A model generated the notes under the pieces. That model saw only the letters and a list, made by a program, of their open reading frames with translations. It was not told the origin of the DNA and made no database searches. Position numbers and translations under genes: made by a program. A DNA stretch of 64,000 bases from Candidatus Multivoradales bacterium (GTDB taxonomy: Bacteria > Acidobacteriota > Thermoanaerobaculia > Multivoradales > JAHEKO01), in assembly GCA_965223855.1 (NCBI GenBank), contig CBDCXM010000009.1, positions 2,592,001 through 2,656,000 of the forward strand, in the 5' to 3' direction. The first letter of the stretch is position 1. Each line of letters starts with the position of its first letter. Below are positions 56,953 to 64,000 of this stretch, in pieces.

Positions 56953-57609
56953 TCAGCGTGTGGCGCGATGGGGCTGTGTCGAGGCGGGCTCGATGACAGG
57001 CGTCATCGTCAGGCCGGCCACCATCACACCGGCACTCACGAGGGCGATCACCGTGGAAGTCTGGACCGCCGGTGCGACGAGGTCGACGCCGCCGGCGAGA
57101 TAGAGGAGGAACGCGCCGTAGACCGGAACCTTGAAGAGATGAGCGAAGAAGCCGCCGAAGGCCTCGGGCGACCGGGCGCGGCCGCGGCGTCGGCGGCAGT
57201 GAATCGCCAGCAGCAGCAGCGGGACGACGAGGCCTGCGGGGAGCAGTGCCGAGGACGTAGGAGCCAGCCCGCAGCGCGCGATCGCGGCAAGAACCAGCAG
57301 GAATGTTGCGGCGTCGCAAGCGTGGTCGATGCGCTTGCCCAGCGCGCTGCTCGAACCGACGCGCCGCGCGATCGCACCGTCGAGGGCGTCGCAGAGGAGC
57401 GCTCCGACAAAGGCTGCGAGGGCGAGCCGGGGCGCGATGCCGTGAACCCAGCAGACGCTCGCCGCCAGAGCGACACCGATCAAGCTCACCGCGGAGGGAG
57501 CGATTCCCACACGGGCGGCGAAAGAGGCGATCGGTTCGAGGACGGCGTCGCGTCCCCGCCGGATCCTCAGGTAGGCGGCCTGGTCCCAGGCCTGTCTCGG
57601 CTCGCTCAT
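56953..57609 (-). CDS. CDP-alcohol phosphatidyltransferase family protein
   Basis: DALDGAIARRVGSSSALGKRIDHACD matches the DG(x2)AR(x7-8)G(x3)D(x3)D signature. Confidence 0.88.
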   Translation of the reverse strand: MSEPRQAWDQAAYLRIRRGRDAVLEPIASFAARVGIAPSAVSLIGVALAASVCWVHGIAPRLALAAFVGALLCDALDGAIARRVGSSSALGKRIDHACDAATFLLVLAAIARCGLAPTSSALLPAGLVVPLLLLAIHCRRRRGRARSPEAFGGFFAHLFKVPVYGAFLLYLAGGVDLVAPAVQTSTVIALVSAGVMVAGLTMTPVIEPASTQPHRATR

Positions 57610-57936
57610 CCGCGGTTCTCTCGAGGGACTACGGCCCCCTCTCTGCATTGGATGATACTGCGCCCGCGGTCCTTCCCGAGCGGTCACGAACCTACCGGCT
57701 CGCAGACGGTGCGGGCGATGTGACTTCTTCGCCCTCGGGCGGTCCCAGCAACAGGGGCCGTCGGCCCCAGTCCGGGGGCACAACCTCCGGCTTCTTCAGG
57801 GGCTTCGCCGACCGGCGAGGGCCCGTTCCCCTCTACGGCGGGCAGTCCGACGCTCGGTCGGGCTGCCCGCCGATTCTTCCGGGAACTCCGGCGGCCGAGG
57901 CGGCCGGCCGAGATGCGTCGGCCGAGGGCGCGGGCT

Positions 57937-58473
57937 ATGATTCGAGGGATCTTGAAGCGCTTGATTCTTCTTTGCGGGGCGGGCTTCGCCCTCCTGGCCG
58001 CGCTCCCGGGCGCCGAGCTTCGATCGGACGAGGTCGAAACCGAGGCGGCGACGGTGGCGGGCTGGGTGGAGCGTGTCCGGCTGACCCGTTCGGGTCTCGA
58101 AATGGAAGCCAAGCTCGACTCCGGCGCAGAGCATTCCTCGCTCCACGTGGAGCGGCCGCGCTACTTCCGACGTGACGGAGAGCGCTGGGTGCGCTTCACC
58201 GTCGAAGGGGAGAGCGGCCGCCGGGTCGCCTTCGAGCGCAAGCTGGTGCGCAAGGCGGCGATCAAGCGACACTCAGGGCGATCCGACGTCCGGCCGGTGG
58301 TCGAGATCAAGATCTGTCTGGGCGAGGTGACGAAGCGCGCGGAGGTGAACCTCGTGGATCGCAGCAACTTCGAGTACCCGATGCTCGTCGGCCGAAGCTT
58401 TCTCGAAGACGCCTTCCTGATCGATCCCTCCGACGATGCCCGTCACCGCGTCGCTCTGGAGTGCGAGGGATGA
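57937..58473 (+). CDS. Secreted retropepsin-like 'ATP-dependent zinc protease' family protein (RimB/DUF785-like)
   Basis: Signal peptide; GWVERV, AKLDSGAEHSSL, RPVV and LVDRSNFEYPMLVGRSFL motifs. Confidence 0.88.
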   Translation: MIRGILKRLILLCGAGFALLAALPGAELRSDEVETEAATVAGWVERVRLTRSGLEMEAKLDSGAEHSSLHVERPRYFRRDGERWVRFTVEGESGRRVAFERKLVRKAAIKRHSGRSDVRPVVEIKICLGEVTKRAEVNLVDRSNFEYPMLVGRSFLEDAFLIDPSDDARHRVALECEG

Positions 58474-60002
58474 AGAGCGGCCGCGGTCAGGTGTACTTCG
58501 TGGCCGCGCTGGTCGCGACCGCCGGAGTCGGACTGTTCGCCTACAAGACCTTGCGGCTCGGCTATCCATTGACGCCCGCCTCGACCGCGTCCGTATGGGA
58601 CCTCGAACTCGCCCTTCAGTTTTCTGCCGACGGTGGGCCTACGAAGGTCAGGATGTCGATTCCGCAGTCCGAGGGAGAGTTCGTCGTCGTCGGCGAGAAC
58701 TTCGTGTCGGGTGAGTACGGGCTGACGACGGAGACCGATGCCTGGGGTCGCCGAGCCGTATGGTCGGTGAGGGAGGCGACCGGAGATCAGGTGATCTACT
58801 ACCGTGCCGCCGTGCAGCGCCTCGGCAGTGCTCCGCCGGCGTCGCGCATCGTGCCGCCGGCCACGGATGTTTCAGGGCTCGACGAGGCCCAGTTCGCGGC
58901 CGCCGCGAACCTCCTCGACGATTCCTTCAGCCGCTCGGCCGACCTCGAAACGCTCCTGCCGCAGCTGCTCGGCAACCTCTCCGACGCCGAGAACACGGAT
59001 GCGGCGATCCTGGTCGGCGCCAATCCAACCCTCGTCGATCGGCTTTCGGCGGCGGTTACGGTTCTGGCGCTCGCAGAGATTCCCGCACGCGTGGTTCGCG
59101 GCGTTCGGCTGGAGCGGAGGCTCCGCAACGCGCGTCTGCGCAGTTGGCTCGAGGTCTGGAGCGGTAGCGACTGGAAGGCGTTCGAGGGGGAGGGGGGGAG
59201 CGCCGGCCCGGGCGAGGACATGCTGGTGCTCAAGCGTGGCGGCGGATCGCTGGTCAGCGTGCGCGGCGGTCGGGATGTTTCGCTCGCGGTGGCGGTGCGA
59301 GCGAGCGAGCAGAGCGCGGTAGAAGCAGCCTCGAGAGGGAGTCGGTTTCTCAGTCCCGGATTGCTGAGCTTCTCGTTGTTCAGTCTGCCGATCCGGATCC
59401 AGGAGGTCTACCGCATTCTGCTGCTGGTCCCGGTGGGTGCCTTTCTGCTCGTCCTCCTGAGAACTCTGGTCGGGGTGAAGACCTTCGGTACCTTCATGCC
59501 GGTCCTGATCGCTCTGGCGTTTCGCGAGACCCGGTTGTGGGCGGGAATCGCGCTGTTTCTCATCGTCGTCACCCTGGGGCTGTTCGTCAGGTTCTACCTC
59601 GAGCGCCTGCGCCTCCTGCTCGTGCCCCGGCTCGCCGCGGTCCTGATCGTCGTCGTGCTGGTGATGCTGCTGCTGAGCGTGGTGAGCGCCCAGCTCGGCT
59701 TTCACGGAGCGCTCTCCGTCGCGCTCTTCCCGATGGTCATCCTCGCGATCACCATCGAGCGGATGTCCGTCGTGTGGGAGGAGAAGGGGGCCGAGGAGGC
59801 GTTGCAGCAGGGCATCGGCAGTCTTCTGGTCTCGATCCTCGCCTATCTGGTGATGACCAGCCGCATCGTGGGGCACTGGATCTTCGTCTTTCCGGAGCTC
59901 CTGCTGGTGCTGCTGGCAGCCTGCCTTCTGCTCGGTCGCTACTCCGGCTACCGGCTGCTGGAACTGTGGCGCTTCCGCGCGTTCGCGACCGACGACCCGT
60001 GA
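58470..60002 (+). CDS. Inactive transglutaminase fused to 7 TM helices (7TM_transglut family)
   Basis: ENFVSGEYG, IPARVVRG, GVKTFGTFMPVLIALAF, LFPMVILAITIER and GRYSGYRLLELWRF; ATGA coupling to the upstream gene. Confidence 0.9.
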   Translation: MKSGRGQVYFVAALVATAGVGLFAYKTLRLGYPLTPASTASVWDLELALQFSADGGPTKVRMSIPQSEGEFVVVGENFVSGEYGLTTETDAWGRRAVWSVREATGDQVIYYRAAVQRLGSAPPASRIVPPATDVSGLDEAQFAAAANLLDDSFSRSADLETLLPQLLGNLSDAENTDAAILVGANPTLVDRLSAAVTVLALAEIPARVVRGVRLERRLRNARLRSWLEVWSGSDWKAFEGEGGSAGPGEDMLVLKRGGGSLVSVRGGRDVSLAVAVRASEQSAVEAASRGSRFLSPGLLSFSLFSLPIRIQEVYRILLLVPVGAFLLVLLRTLVGVKTFGTFMPVLIALAFRETRLWAGIALFLIVVTLGLFVRFYLERLRLLLVPRLAAVLIVVVLVMLLLSVVSAQLGFHGALSVALFPMVILAITIERMSVVWEEKGAEEALQQGIGSLLVSILAYLVMTSRIVGHWIFVFPELLLVLLAACLLLGRYSGYRLLELWRFRAFATDDP

Positions 60003-60979
60003 TCTTCGACACAGCCAGGCGGCTGCGCAGGGCCGGAGTGCTCGGCATGAACCGGCGCAACGGCCGCTACATCATGGAGTACAACCCGCGGCGCCTCTAC
60101 CCGCTGGTCGACGACAAGCTGAAGACCAAGCGGCTGGCGGAGGAAGCGGGGATCTCGGTCCCCCCGCTCTACGGAGTCGTCCGGATTCATCACGAGGTCG
60201 AGGAGCTCGGTGGGATGCTCGAGCCCTACGACGACTTCGTCATCAAGCCCGCCCATGGCAGCGGCGGCACCGGAATCCTCGTCGTCACCGGTACTCAGGG
60301 GGGGCGTTTCCGCTCCGCCGGAGGCACGCTCCTGGACCTCAGCGAGGTCCAGCACTACGTCAGCAACATCCTGAGCGGCGCGTACAGCCTCGGGGGGCAT
60401 CCCGATGCGGCGATGATCGAGTACCGGGTGCTCTTCGATCCGGTGTTCGAGGCGATCAGCTATCAGGGAGTTCCCGACGTCCGGATCATCGTCTTTCTCG
60501 GCGTGCCGGTGATGGCGATGGTGAGGCTGCCGACCCGCGCCTCGGACGGCAAGGCGAACCTCCATCAGGGGGCGATCGGCGCCGGCATCGACCTCGGTAC
60601 CGGGCGCACCGGTAGCGCGGTGTGGCACGACCAGGTGGTGCGCGAGCACCCGGACACCGGTCATCCGGTGGGTGGCCTGCTCATCCCCCATTGGGAGCAG
60701 TTGCTGACCCTCGCGGCCCGCTGTCACGAGCTGACGGGGCTCGGCTACCTCGGAGTCGACCTAGTGCTCGACCGCGAGCGAGGTCCGCTGATCCTCGAGC
60801 TCAACGCGCGCCCTGGGCTTGCGGTTCAGATTGCCAACCGGACCGGTCTGCAGCCGCGCCTCGAGGCGGCGCACCGGGCACGGCTGGCGATGGAGACGAT
60901 CGACGATCGGGTCCGCTGGGCGAGGGAGGCCTTCACCGCGGCGCCCCGGCCACAGGATCAGGCCGGGTCGCGGGGCTGA
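59999..60979 (+). CDS. Alpha-L-glutamate ligase-like ATP-grasp protein
   Basis: GTG start overlaps the upstream stop; VDDKLKTK, FVIKPAHGSGG, GVPDVRII, GKANLHQGA and LELNARPGL. Confidence 0.92.
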   Translation: MIFDTARRLRRAGVLGMNRRNGRYIMEYNPRRLYPLVDDKLKTKRLAEEAGISVPPLYGVVRIHHEVEELGGMLEPYDDFVIKPAHGSGGTGILVVTGTQGGRFRSAGGTLLDLSEVQHYVSNILSGAYSLGGHPDAAMIEYRVLFDPVFEAISYQGVPDVRIIVFLGVPVMAMVRLPTRASDGKANLHQGAIGAGIDLGTGRTGSAVWHDQVVREHPDTGHPVGGLLIPHWEQLLTLAARCHELTGLGYLGVDLVLDRERGPLILELNARPGLAVQIANRTGLQPRLEAAHRARLAMETIDDRVRWAREAFTAAPRPQDQAGSRG

Positions 60980-61482
60980 AGTGCGATCGCGCGTCGGCGC
61001 AGGGCGCGCACGAGAAAGCAGCCGACGAGGAAGATGAAGCCGCTGATACCGACCGGCAGGTAGGTCGACCAGTCCCAATGCAGGTCGATGACCGCCTGCC
61101 CGGGATCGCCGGGCTTGTAGTAGACGGTCACCGGCGCCCCGACTTCGTAGCGTGACGCGATCTCGAAGGCCGGCCTTCGCTTGCCGTAGTGGTCGTCACG
61201 GAACGAGATCTGCCTGCCGACGAGACTCTCGCCGTCGACCGCATACCTGTAACTGACTTCCGGGGCGTAGCGGAAGCTGTCCGTGCTGCTGGAGCCGCTG
61301 CGGCTTCGACGCAACTTCACGGTGGAGGTGAGCACCTCCCCGTCGACGGACGGCCAGTCGGCGCTCGCACGGGCGTCGAGCAGGTGCACCAGGCCCCAAC
61401 TCGTCAGCAGCCCCCCGACGAGGACGAGAACCCAGGCGAGGACGTGGGCTCCCCTGGGCACGGGTCGGTTGTCGAGTCGCAT
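60958..61482 (-). CDS. DUF3592 domain-containing membrane protein
   Basis: TM segment, WPSVDGEV, YRYAVDG, VTVYYKPGDP, second TM segment. Confidence 0.85.
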   Translation of the reverse strand: MRLDNRPVPRGAHVLAWVLVLVGGLLTSWGLVHLLDARASADWPSVDGEVLTSTVKLRRSRSGSSSTDSFRYAPEVSYRYAVDGESLVGRQISFRDDHYGKRRPAFEIASRYEVGAPVTVYYKPGDPGQAVIDLHWDWSTYLPVGISGFIFLVGCFLVRALRRRAIALQPRDPA

Positions 61483-61502
61483 CTTCGCGCCATCGTCTCA
61501 CG

Positions 61503-61527
61503 AGAAAGGGGCGGGTACCCCCGCCCC
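61503..61527 (-). terminator. Probable terminator after glnII
   Basis: GGGGCGGG/CCCGCCCC stem with a 4-nt loop, followed by TTTCT on the minus strand. Confidence 0.55.
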
Positions 61528-61572
61528 CTGGAAGAGACTCGTCGGCCCGGTACTCAGGGCTGCCGGGTGCGC

Positions 61573-62610
61573 TCAGGCAGTCTTGAGCTGGAGGATCTCG
61601 GCGCTCTTGACCGTCTTGACGATGCGCGCGGCGACCTTGTACGGATCCGCAGCCGAGTTCGGCCGCCGATCTTCGAGCCAGCCCTTCCAGCCCGCCTCGA
61701 CGGTGCCGATCGGGATCCGGATCGAGGCGCCACGGTCGGAGACGCCGTAGCTGAACTTGTCGATCGCCTGGGTCTCGTGGAGGCCGGTGAGCCGGAGGTG
61801 ATTGTCCGGGCCGTAGACGTCGATGTGGGCCGAGATGACGTCTGGGGTCGCTCCGAACGCCTCGCAGACCTGGTGGTAGACCGCCTCGTTGCCGCACTCG
61901 CGCAGCAGTGAGTTCGAGAAGTTCGCGTGCATGCCGGAGCCGTTCCAGTCACCGGCGATCGGCTTGCAGTGGTAGTTGATCGCCACGCCGTACTTCTCGG
62001 CGGTCCGCTCGAGCAGGTACCGCGCGACCCAGACCTGGTCGCCCGCTGCCGCCGCTCCCTTGGCGAAGGTCTGGAACTCCCACTGGCCGGCGGCGACCTC
62101 GGCGTTGATCCCCTCGATGTTGAGTCCCGCCTCGAGGCACAGGTCGAGGTGCTCTTCGACGATCTCGCGACCGAATGCGTTGGCGGCACCGACGGAGCAG
62201 TAGTACTGCCCCTGCGGGTTGGGGAAGCCGCTCGCCGGGAAGCCGAGCGGCTTGTCGGTCTCGGGATCCCACAGGAAGTACTCCTGCTCGAAGCCGAACC
62301 AGAAGTCGTTGTCGTCGTCGTCGATCGTCGCCCGGCCGTTCGAGACGTGCGCGGTGCCGTCGGCGTTGAGCACTTCGCACATCACCAGGTAGGCGTTGTT
62401 GCGGTCGGGGTCGGGGAAGATCGCGACCGGCTTGAGGAGGCAGTCCGACGAGCTGCCCTCGGCCTGCTGGGTCGAGCTGCCGTCGAACGACCAGACGGGA
62501 CACCCTTCGAGGGTGCCGTCGAAGTCGCGCTCGACCCGTGTCTTGCCGCGCAGCGACTGCATGGGGTCGTTTCCGTCCAACCAGAGGTACTCGAGTTTCG
62601 TGGCGCTCAT
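61573..62610 (-). CDS. glnII: Glutamine synthetase, type II
   Basis: About 345 aa; EYLWLDG, WSFDGSST, WFGFEQEY, NAEVAAGQWEFQ, DWNGSGMH, RLTGLHET, DRGASIRIP and EDRRP; GGAGGA RBS. Confidence 0.93.
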   Translation of the reverse strand: MSATKLEYLWLDGNDPMQSLRGKTRVERDFDGTLEGCPVWSFDGSSTQQAEGSSSDCLLKPVAIFPDPDRNNAYLVMCEVLNADGTAHVSNGRATIDDDDNDFWFGFEQEYFLWDPETDKPLGFPASGFPNPQGQYYCSVGAANAFGREIVEEHLDLCLEAGLNIEGINAEVAAGQWEFQTFAKGAAAAGDQVWVARYLLERTAEKYGVAINYHCKPIAGDWNGSGMHANFSNSLLRECGNEAVYHQVCEAFGATPDVISAHIDVYGPDNHLRLTGLHETQAIDKFSYGVSDRGASIRIPIGTVEAGWKGWLEDRRPNSAADPYKVAARIVKTVKSAEILQLKTA

Positions 62611-62683
62611 GCGGGTACAGTCCTCCCGGATAGTGGCGACGGCGCGGTCGCCAGGTGTGGTGGGGCGATCTCCATGCTCGCGG

Positions 62684-62712
62684 AGTATGGGACTCGCGGG
62701 GGCTTGTGTCAA
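62684..62712 (-). promoter_or_regulatory. Sigma70-type promoter of glnII
   Basis: Minus strand TTGACA (62712-62707), 17-bp spacer, CATACT (62689-62684). Confidence 0.65.
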
Positions 62713-62721
62713 CCCGAAATT

Positions 62722-62755
62722 TGCAATTTGACGTCGAAACGGGCGTCAAATTGCA
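62722..62755. promoter_or_regulatory. Inverted repeat (putative operator) upstream of glnII
   Basis: TGCAATTTGACG-N10-CGTCAAATTGCA with perfect 12-bp arms. Confidence 0.65.
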
Positions 62756-62897
62756 TGATTTGCTGCTAAAACGGCCTTGAAACAGGGGAAATTCTGCATC
62801 TTCCGGCTTCGAGGCATCCCGGCAGGAGCCTGCGGCGGCGCCCTCGAGGGAACATCGGAGTCGCAATCGCGTAGGCTATTCGAGGAGGAGGAAACCC

Positions 62898-63122
62898 ATG
62901 CTCGAAGTATGGCGCGCTCTCAAGTTCCTGTTCATCGGGCCGTGCATCCTGGCCGTGCTCTTCGTCATCGACTGGATGACCTCGCCGGGCGTCTGGTGGG
63001 TTCAGTGGGCGGCGCTCGGCATCGGCATCGCCTGGGTGATCTCGCTGGCGAAGGTCGTCATGGCGGTGATCGTCGCCGGTGGCGTCGCCGCCTTCATCGC
63101 CTACCTGCGCGGTCGGGCTTGA
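62898..63122 (+). CDS. Small membrane protein (2TM-domain-like)
   Basis: GAGGAGG RBS; IDWMTSPGVWWVQWAALGIGI; hydrophobic. Confidence 0.78.
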   Translation: MLEVWRALKFLFIGPCILAVLFVIDWMTSPGVWWVQWAALGIGIAWVISLAKVVMAVIVAGGVAAFIAYLRGRA

Positions 63123-63165
63123 TGATCGGCGGTGACCGTCCCCTCGAGGACGATTCCGTCGGGAA

Positions 63166-64000
63166 CTAATCCGCCGGGGCGAGCTTCCAGTAGGCACCCA
63201 GCGGGCTCGAAGAAGCGACGAGCGCGCGTTCGGTGCTGGTCGCGCCGGCGAGCAGCATGCGCAGGTCGTCGATCACCGTCGGCTGCTCGGCGAAGTACGA
63301 GTGACCGAGCCCGATATCGCCCAGTAGCGAGGTGTCGACATCCGAGGCGTCGATGGTGTCGATCCCCGAGGCCACGACGATTCCCGCACTCAGGTCGCCC
63401 GCTCGCGGGTGGCCGTGCACTCCCCTGGAGGCCAGGAGCGCCTTGTCCTTCGAGGAGGCATAAAGCGTCAGCCGCTGCCCGACCCGGGTGAGGTAGGGCG
63501 CGAGGTCCTCGCGAAAGACGTCGGCGTCGATGTCGGGTGCTACGAGGGCGATCTGTGTGAAGCGGGGAGCTGGAGCAACGGAGTCGTTCGGCGTCTCGGC
63601 GGCGTAGCGCAGCAGCACCTCCGTCAGTGCCCGGTTCCCCATGCTGTGGGCGATCAGGTGAACCCGCTCCGCTCCGGACTGTTCCGCGATCCGGTCGAGG
63701 AACTCCCGCAGGTGAGGCACGGCCCACCGCACGTTGGCCTCGTCGACCGGGTATCCCGCCAGCTCCGCGCGCGACGGCCAGCTGTAGAAGACGGCCGCAC
63801 CCGGAAAGCGAAGATCGGCGGCAAGCTGGGCGGTCCTTCGCGCCGCGTCCTCGAAGCTCACGTTGTAGCCGTGGACGAAGACCAGCGCCTCGCGCTGAGG
63901 ATCGGTCGCCACCCGGCCGGCGAGCGCGCCGGCGAAGTCGCCGGAAGAGCGCGGGGTGATCGTGGCGAGAAGGACGTGCTTGGCCGGGTCCGGGGCCTCG
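63166..64000 (-). CDS. Alpha/beta hydrolase (DUF900 family), 5' end beyond window edge
   Basis: FVHGYNVSF, YSWPS, IAHSMGNR (nucleophile), APDID and GHSYF motifs. Confidence 0.9.
   Translation of the reverse strand, partial: EAPDPAKHVLLATITPRSSGDFAGALAGRVATDPQREALVFVHGYNVSFEDAARRTAQLAADLRFPGAAVFYSWPSRAELAGYPVDEANVRWAVPHLREFLDRIAEQSGAERVHLIAHSMGNRALTEVLLRYAAETPNDSVAPAPRFTQIALVAPDIDADVFREDLAPYLTRVGQRLTLYASSKDKALLASRGVHGHPRAGDLSAGIVVASGIDTIDASDVDTSLLGDIGLGHSYFAEQPTVIDDLRMLLAGATSTERALVASSSPLGAYWKLAPAD

Overview
GC-rich, densely coding 64-kb bacterial window. A recurring C-terminal IFADGFESGDTxAWS motif, many secreted beta-propellers and the MlaD architecture suggest a diderm, probably Acidobacteriota/Thermoanaerobaculia-like (inference). 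It holds about 55 CDS, mostly housekeeping or accessory: peptidases, transporters, arsR-arsM, a 4xLTD extracellular nuclease, an MBOAT+SGNH pair, ggt, a TonB receptor, mlaEFD, apaH, a retropepsin/7TM-transglutaminase/ATP-grasp operon and glnII. I recognised no rRNA, tRNA or CRISPR array. Two regions stand out. (1) A low-GC two-gene island (about 32.5-35.7 kb) encodes a Leu/Ile/Val-type binding lipoprotein coupled to a 4-TM protein fused to an intact class V PLP enzyme, with no transporter. (2) A RAYT-like HUH/Y1 transposase (45.1-46.0 kb) sits among ATTCACCTGGCACC repeats that bracket both the transposase and two adjacent secreted-protein genes. Clear promoter/palindrome pairs lie upstream of arsR and glnII. 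All family calls come from motif recognition by eye; no database searches were run.
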